Made by a program: the position numbers and the translations under genes. The notes beneath the pieces are model-generated. The model did not search any database. It was not told the DNA's origin and saw nothing but the letters and a program-made list of their open reading frames with translations. A DNA stretch of 64,000 bases. Origin: Obrimoposthia wandeli. Its lineage: Eukaryota. The stretch's first letter is position 1, and every line of letters begins with the position of its first letter. The DNA is taken from the NCBI GenBank assembly GCA_977020255.1, contig CDROCS010003093.1, positions 1 to 64,000 on the forward strand, given 5' to 3'. Shown in pieces: positions 60,297 through 64,000 of the stretch.

Positions 60297-60599
60297 TTAC
60301 TTCTTCTTGGTTTTCTCATCATAGTAACTGTCTTCATAATAAATTCCTTTAATCTCGAGCTTTCTCTCAACCCAGCGATTAAAACGACTCCATATGAAAA
60401 ACGCAGGTGTCATTGCTCCGCCTATGGCTAACATCAAACCGGAACCTTGGTACTCTTGAGAAAAAAAGGCGGTTATATAATCAAAGAAGCCATAGTGCTG
60501 TAGAGTAAAATACCAAATAATAAGAAAGGCAAAAGCAACTGCTGTAGCTAAATGATGTTTAAATTTATTATTCAAAACTCGTTTCCAACGCAAAGTCAT
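60297..60599 (-). CDS. Hypothetical small membrane protein (2 TM)
   Basis: 100-aa ORF filling the gap, two hydrophobic segments and a charged tail. Confidence 0.6.
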   Translation of the reverse strand: MTLRWKRVLNNKFKHHLATAVAFAFLIIWYFTLQHYGFFDYITAFFSQEYQGSGLMLAIGGAMTPAFFIWSRFNRWVERKLEIKGIYYEDSYYDEKTKKK

Positions 60600-60729
60600 T
60601 GTATGGGGTTGTCATTTTTCTAGTGTATTCTAAGAGCTTGTAGGACACGCTATTAACCACTACATTTTATAGTGATTTTAAGCCCACACCTATTACTTTT
60701 TAGCTAAACTCAACAGCAGGAGCATACAA

Positions 60730-61326
60730 ATGAGCCAAATTTTCATCGACGAACAGGGAGTACAACGTTGTATGTGGAGCATTGATGCGCCTGAGTTTTT
60801 AGATTATCACGATAATGAATGGGGGCAGCCTGTTACCGATGACTATAAATTATTCGAAAAAATATGCTTAGAGAGCTTTCAGTCAGGTTTAAGTTGGCGA
60901 ACAATTTTAGTAAAACGAGAAAATTTTCGTACTGCTTTTTTAGATTTCGATTTTGATAAGCTGGCATTATTTACGGAGCGCGATATCCAACGCTTAATGC
61001 AAGATGCTGGTATTGTGCGCAATCGGCGTAAAATAGAATCGGTGATTAATAATGCACAGTGTGCACAAGAGCTTATCGCAGAGCAAGGCTCTCTCAGTGA
61101 CTATTTATGGCGCTATCAAACAGATCCCACTAAGCCTCACACGCCACAAAGTATAACGACATCCGCACAATCAATTGCCATGGCAAAGGATCTTAAAAAG
61201 CGCGGCTGGAAATTTATTGGCCCCACCACCGCGTTTGCTTTTATGCAGGCGATGGGCTTTATCAATGACCATGTAGAAGGGTGTTTTATGCGAGAGCAAC
61301 TAAACCAGCAGCGTCTCAAAAAGTAG
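60730..61326 (+). CDS. tag: DNA-3-methyladenine glycosylase I
   Basis: RC.W, YHDNEWG.P, LESFQSGLSW..IL.KRENFR, IVRNR.KI, GPTT..AFMQA.G..NDH..GC. Confidence 0.95.
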   Translation: MSQIFIDEQGVQRCMWSIDAPEFLDYHDNEWGQPVTDDYKLFEKICLESFQSGLSWRTILVKRENFRTAFLDFDFDKLALFTERDIQRLMQDAGIVRNRRKIESVINNAQCAQELIAEQGSLSDYLWRYQTDPTKPHTPQSITTSAQSIAMAKDLKKRGWKFIGPTTAFAFMQAMGFINDHVEGCFMREQLNQQRLKK

Positions 61327-61333
61327 GGGTAAA

Positions 61334-62029
61334 CTATTTAGCGATAACAACCTGCTTTGTTTTAAAAAAGTTCGCAATACTCTCATGTAAATTTGCTGAA
61401 TCTAACCTATGCACAAACGACTTTTCAACCGCCTCTATTTGTGTAGCATCATACTGACCTTTTAAAAAGTCCAACAAGTCTTGAGCAAACTCAGTACTAA
61501 ACTCTGGGTGTGGCTGCATAGTCAGCACTTTATCAGAGTAGACTAAAAAGGCGTTTTTACAAAAAGAGGATCCACCTATACACTGAGCATCTTTGGGTAA
61601 ACCAACCACTTGGTCTTGATGCCACGCAATGATACGCGGATCAAAACGACTGCCTTTTATCTGATATTGATGGTTACCTACTCCCCATCCACCCGCATAC
61701 TTTTCTACTGTGCCGCCTAATGCGCTGGCAATAACTTGATGCCCAAAGCAAATCCCCACTAATGGACGCTCGCTTTTATATACTTCACGAATAAACACTT
61801 TAAGCTGATTAATCCACTCTAAATCATCATTAGCACTATTCACAGAACCTGAAATAAGCCAACCATCAGCTGCGTCAACTGAGTCAGGAAAGTCATTATC
61901 ACACACCGCAAAAGTAGTTATTTCAAAGTGGTGCCCTTGTAACATATCACTTAATACAGTGTTCACATCACCATGTTTTTCAAGCATAGCGCCACTTAAG
62001 TGACCTGCTTGTAAGATTCCTATTTTCAT
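61334..62029 (-). CDS. Type 1 glutamine amidotransferase-domain protein (stand-alone)
   Basis: ISGS, GICFGHQ (catalytic Cys), QPHPEF (His-x-Glu). Confidence 0.9.
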   Translation of the reverse strand: MKIGILQAGHLSGAMLEKHGDVNTVLSDMLQGHHFEITTFAVCDNDFPDSVDAADGWLISGSVNSANDDLEWINQLKVFIREVYKSERPLVGICFGHQVIASALGGTVEKYAGGWGVGNHQYQIKGSRFDPRIIAWHQDQVVGLPKDAQCIGGSSFCKNAFLVYSDKVLTMQPHPEFSTEFAQDLLDFLKGQYDATQIEAVEKSFVHRLDSANLHESIANFFKTKQVVIAK

Positions 62030-62048
62030 ATTGATCCTGTTTTTTATT

Positions 62049-63020
62049 TTAATAGCCCTGGCCCAAATCTACCGTTTTAGGCAAGGTGCCTTGTTCGCGA
62101 TATCCGCTAATGTTTTTTGCTGCCACTAAAGAAGCCGTGTGTATGTTAGTAGCCGCTGAAATGTGCGGCAATATAGAGATACCAGGACAATCCCACAATG
62201 GGCTGTCTTTGGCCAATGGCTCTTGCTCAAACACATCTAATACCGCATGTTCTAAGTGCTCGGTCTTTAAATAGTGTTGTAAATCGACATGATTAACCAC
62301 CGGTCCACGGCCAAAGTTTATTAAACACGCCCCTTTTGGTAAAGACTTAAAGGCACTCGCATTTAATAACCCTCTCGTTTCACCTGTTAAAGGTAATAGA
62401 CAGATTAGAATATCAGTAATGCTTAGTATTTGAGGCAGCTGCTCGAACCCATGAAAACTCTGCACTGCTGTAACTGATTTAGTACTGCGACTCCAACTAT
62501 TCACTTGGTAGCCCTGTCTTACTAGCGCTTGCATAGCACATACACCTAACTCTCCTGCACCAAACACTGATACTCGAACATCTTTAGCGGGTAGACAATC
62601 AAGTGGCTGCCACAGCTTTTGTTGCTGCTGTTGCATATACTGCGGTATTTTTCGGTGTAAATACAACGTCCATGCTAACACTGCTTCTGCCATCGTTTGT
62701 GCTAGTTGAGGATCAATTAAACGCACTAATTCTACAGGCGCTTTGTGTGCTCGTGCTCGTTTGGTATTGAGTAATTTAAAGCCATCAACCAGTTTTTCAA
62801 CACCTGCCCACAAACTTTGCACCCAGCGCAAATTTGTATACTGCTCAATAAGATTAGGGTCTGGGTCTGCAACTATCGCAATTTCAACCTGCTCAACTTG
62901 GCTTTGAGTCAATTGATGCGCTAATAAAATAGTCTCATTAGGGAGTAATAACTGTAGTCGTTCGAGCCATTGTTGCTGTTCTTTTTCATTAAGCCTGTGG
63001 ATAAAAACAATGGGTTGCAT
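62049..63020 (-). CDS. D-2-hydroxyacid dehydrogenase, glyoxylate/hydroxypyruvate reductase A-like
   Basis: SLWAGVE, G.GELG, LLPLT.ET, NFGRG, LDVF..EPL, PHISA. Confidence 0.88.
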   Translation of the reverse strand: MQPIVFIHRLNEKEQQQWLERLQLLLPNETILLAHQLTQSQVEQVEIAIVADPDPNLIEQYTNLRWVQSLWAGVEKLVDGFKLLNTKRARAHKAPVELVRLIDPQLAQTMAEAVLAWTLYLHRKIPQYMQQQQQKLWQPLDCLPAKDVRVSVFGAGELGVCAMQALVRQGYQVNSWSRSTKSVTAVQSFHGFEQLPQILSITDILICLLPLTGETRGLLNASAFKSLPKGACLINFGRGPVVNHVDLQHYLKTEHLEHAVLDVFEQEPLAKDSPLWDCPGISILPHISAATNIHTASLVAAKNISGYREQGTLPKTVDLGQGY

Positions 63021-63022
63021 GC

Positions 63023-63430
63023 TTAAAACACCTTATCTAAATGAGGAAAACCTTTAAACTCTATCGGATTACCAAAAGGGTCAAGAAAAAACATCGTATG
63101 CTGCTCCCCCTCTTTGCCAGCAAAGCGTACACAAGGTTTTATAATAAAATCTACTTTTTGCTCGGTTAGTTTTGCAGCAAGTACAGACCAATCCTCTAAG
63201 GCTAGCACGGCACCAAAGTGCGGCATAGGCACTTCAATATTATCGACCAGCCCGGTATTGTGTACACTAAATGGCTCACCTAAATGAAGAGATAACTGGT
63301 GCCCAAAAAAATCATAATCAACCCATGTTTGTGCCCTACGCCCCTGTTTACAACCTAGTACATTACTATAAAACTCGCAAGCAAGCTCTAAATCCAAAAC
63401 ATTAAACGCTAAATGAAAAATTGATTTCAT
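63023..63430 (-). CDS. VOC/glyoxalase-family protein
   Basis: FHLAF.V.DL, FY..VLGC..GR, DFFGHQ, VPMPHFG, FFLDP.GN.IEFK; ATG 63430 follows GAGG. Confidence 0.9.
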   Translation of the reverse strand: MKSIFHLAFNVLDLELACEFYSNVLGCKQGRRAQTWVDYDFFGHQLSLHLGEPFSVHNTGLVDNIEVPMPHFGAVLALEDWSVLAAKLTEQKVDFIIKPCVRFAGKEGEQHTMFFLDPFGNPIEFKGFPHLDKVF

Positions 63431-63460
63431 ATTTACCTCTCTCTTCTTATCCATCTGATT

Positions 63461-63628
63461 TAGCCCGGATATTGCATGTAATGCCGTGATGATAGCGCCG
63501 CTAGTTGTTTTTACAGACTTTTTTTCGATTGAGCGCCGTACGGGTGCGCCCGGTTGATGGAGAAAGAAAAGTCTGTAAAAACAAGGAGCAAGCTAGGGCA
63601 CGAGCAATTGGGTACAATATTCGGGTTA
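63461..63628 (+). repeat. 168-bp palindromic MITE-like or structured element, copy 2
   Basis: About 92% identical to 32012-32178; perfect 18-bp inner stem TTGTTTTTACAGACTTTT / AAAAGTCTGTAAAAACAA. Confidence 0.85.
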
Positions 63629-63696
63629 GGACAAATTAGCAATAAATCGACATAAGAGATACTATATTATGATTTACACAACCATAAGAGAAAGCT

Positions 63697-64000
63697 ATGG
63701 ATACTCGTTTTTTAGCAAGCTTAATCTGCGTCATAGAGACAGGATCTATAGCAGGTGCTGCTCGAGTACAAAATTTAACCGCAGCAGCGATCAGCCAAAG
63801 AATTAAATCTCTCGAAAACGCACTTCACTGTACCTTACTATCACGCACAGGTCATAGCGCTAAACCCACTGAAGCTTGCTTGAAAATTTTACCTAGACTA
63901 AGAAATATTAACGCTCAAATTGAGTTTATTGAGCACGATTTAGTGACGAGTGGTTTATCTGGTGAACTTAGATTAGGGGTTATTTCAACGCTTCTTAGTA
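63697..64000 (+). CDS. LysR-family regulator, N-terminal part; runs off the window edge
   Basis: Hand translation MDTRFLASLICVIETGSIAGAARVQNLTAAAISQRIKSLE...GELRLGVIST. Confidence 0.9.
   Translation, partial: MDTRFLASLICVIETGSIAGAARVQNLTAAAISQRIKSLENALHCTLLSRTGHSAKPTEACLKILPRLRNINAQIEFIEHDLVTSGLSGELRLGVISTLLS

Overview
AT-rich chromosomal segment of a marine-type gammaproteobacterium (Alteromonadales/Oceanospirillales-like by gene content; genus not determinable here). About 50 intact CDS; no rRNA, tRNA, CRISPR array, transposase, integrase or phage gene was seen. The left part (1-31 kb) is accessory metabolism: the start of a 'thermostable hemolysin'/adenylation-enzyme operon, an SLC13 permease, a Pot-type ABC importer, creatinase, a GcvA-type LysR, a DoeA-like ectoine hydrolase, Lrp-flanked lysA and ctlX, an amino-acid racemase with MFS and MocR, a single-chain CydDC-like exporter, cytochrome b562, and a diheme peroxidase-like gene coupled to a DAHL-GGDEF cyclase. 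The right part is more housekeeping: ubiK, sigma54/NtrC-controlled amtB-glnK, a Cpx-like system with a Spy/CpxP gene, TRAP dctPQM, serA, two glycosyltransferases, an MscK-like channel, glcB with an IclR box, a GGDEF-EAL protein, dbpA, tag, and a VOC/GhrA/GATase operon. Strongest leads: (i) the peroxidase homologue lacks the catalytic Glu and is translationally coupled to the DAHL diguanylate cyclase, suggesting a heme sensor module; (ii) four families of non-coding palindromic elements, including a MITE with 5-bp target duplications plus a microhomology-deleted derivative, and a 167-bp hairpin inside the inferred amtB leader; (iii) creatinase and DoeA arranged around one regulator. All family assignments are from recalled motifs, not database searches.
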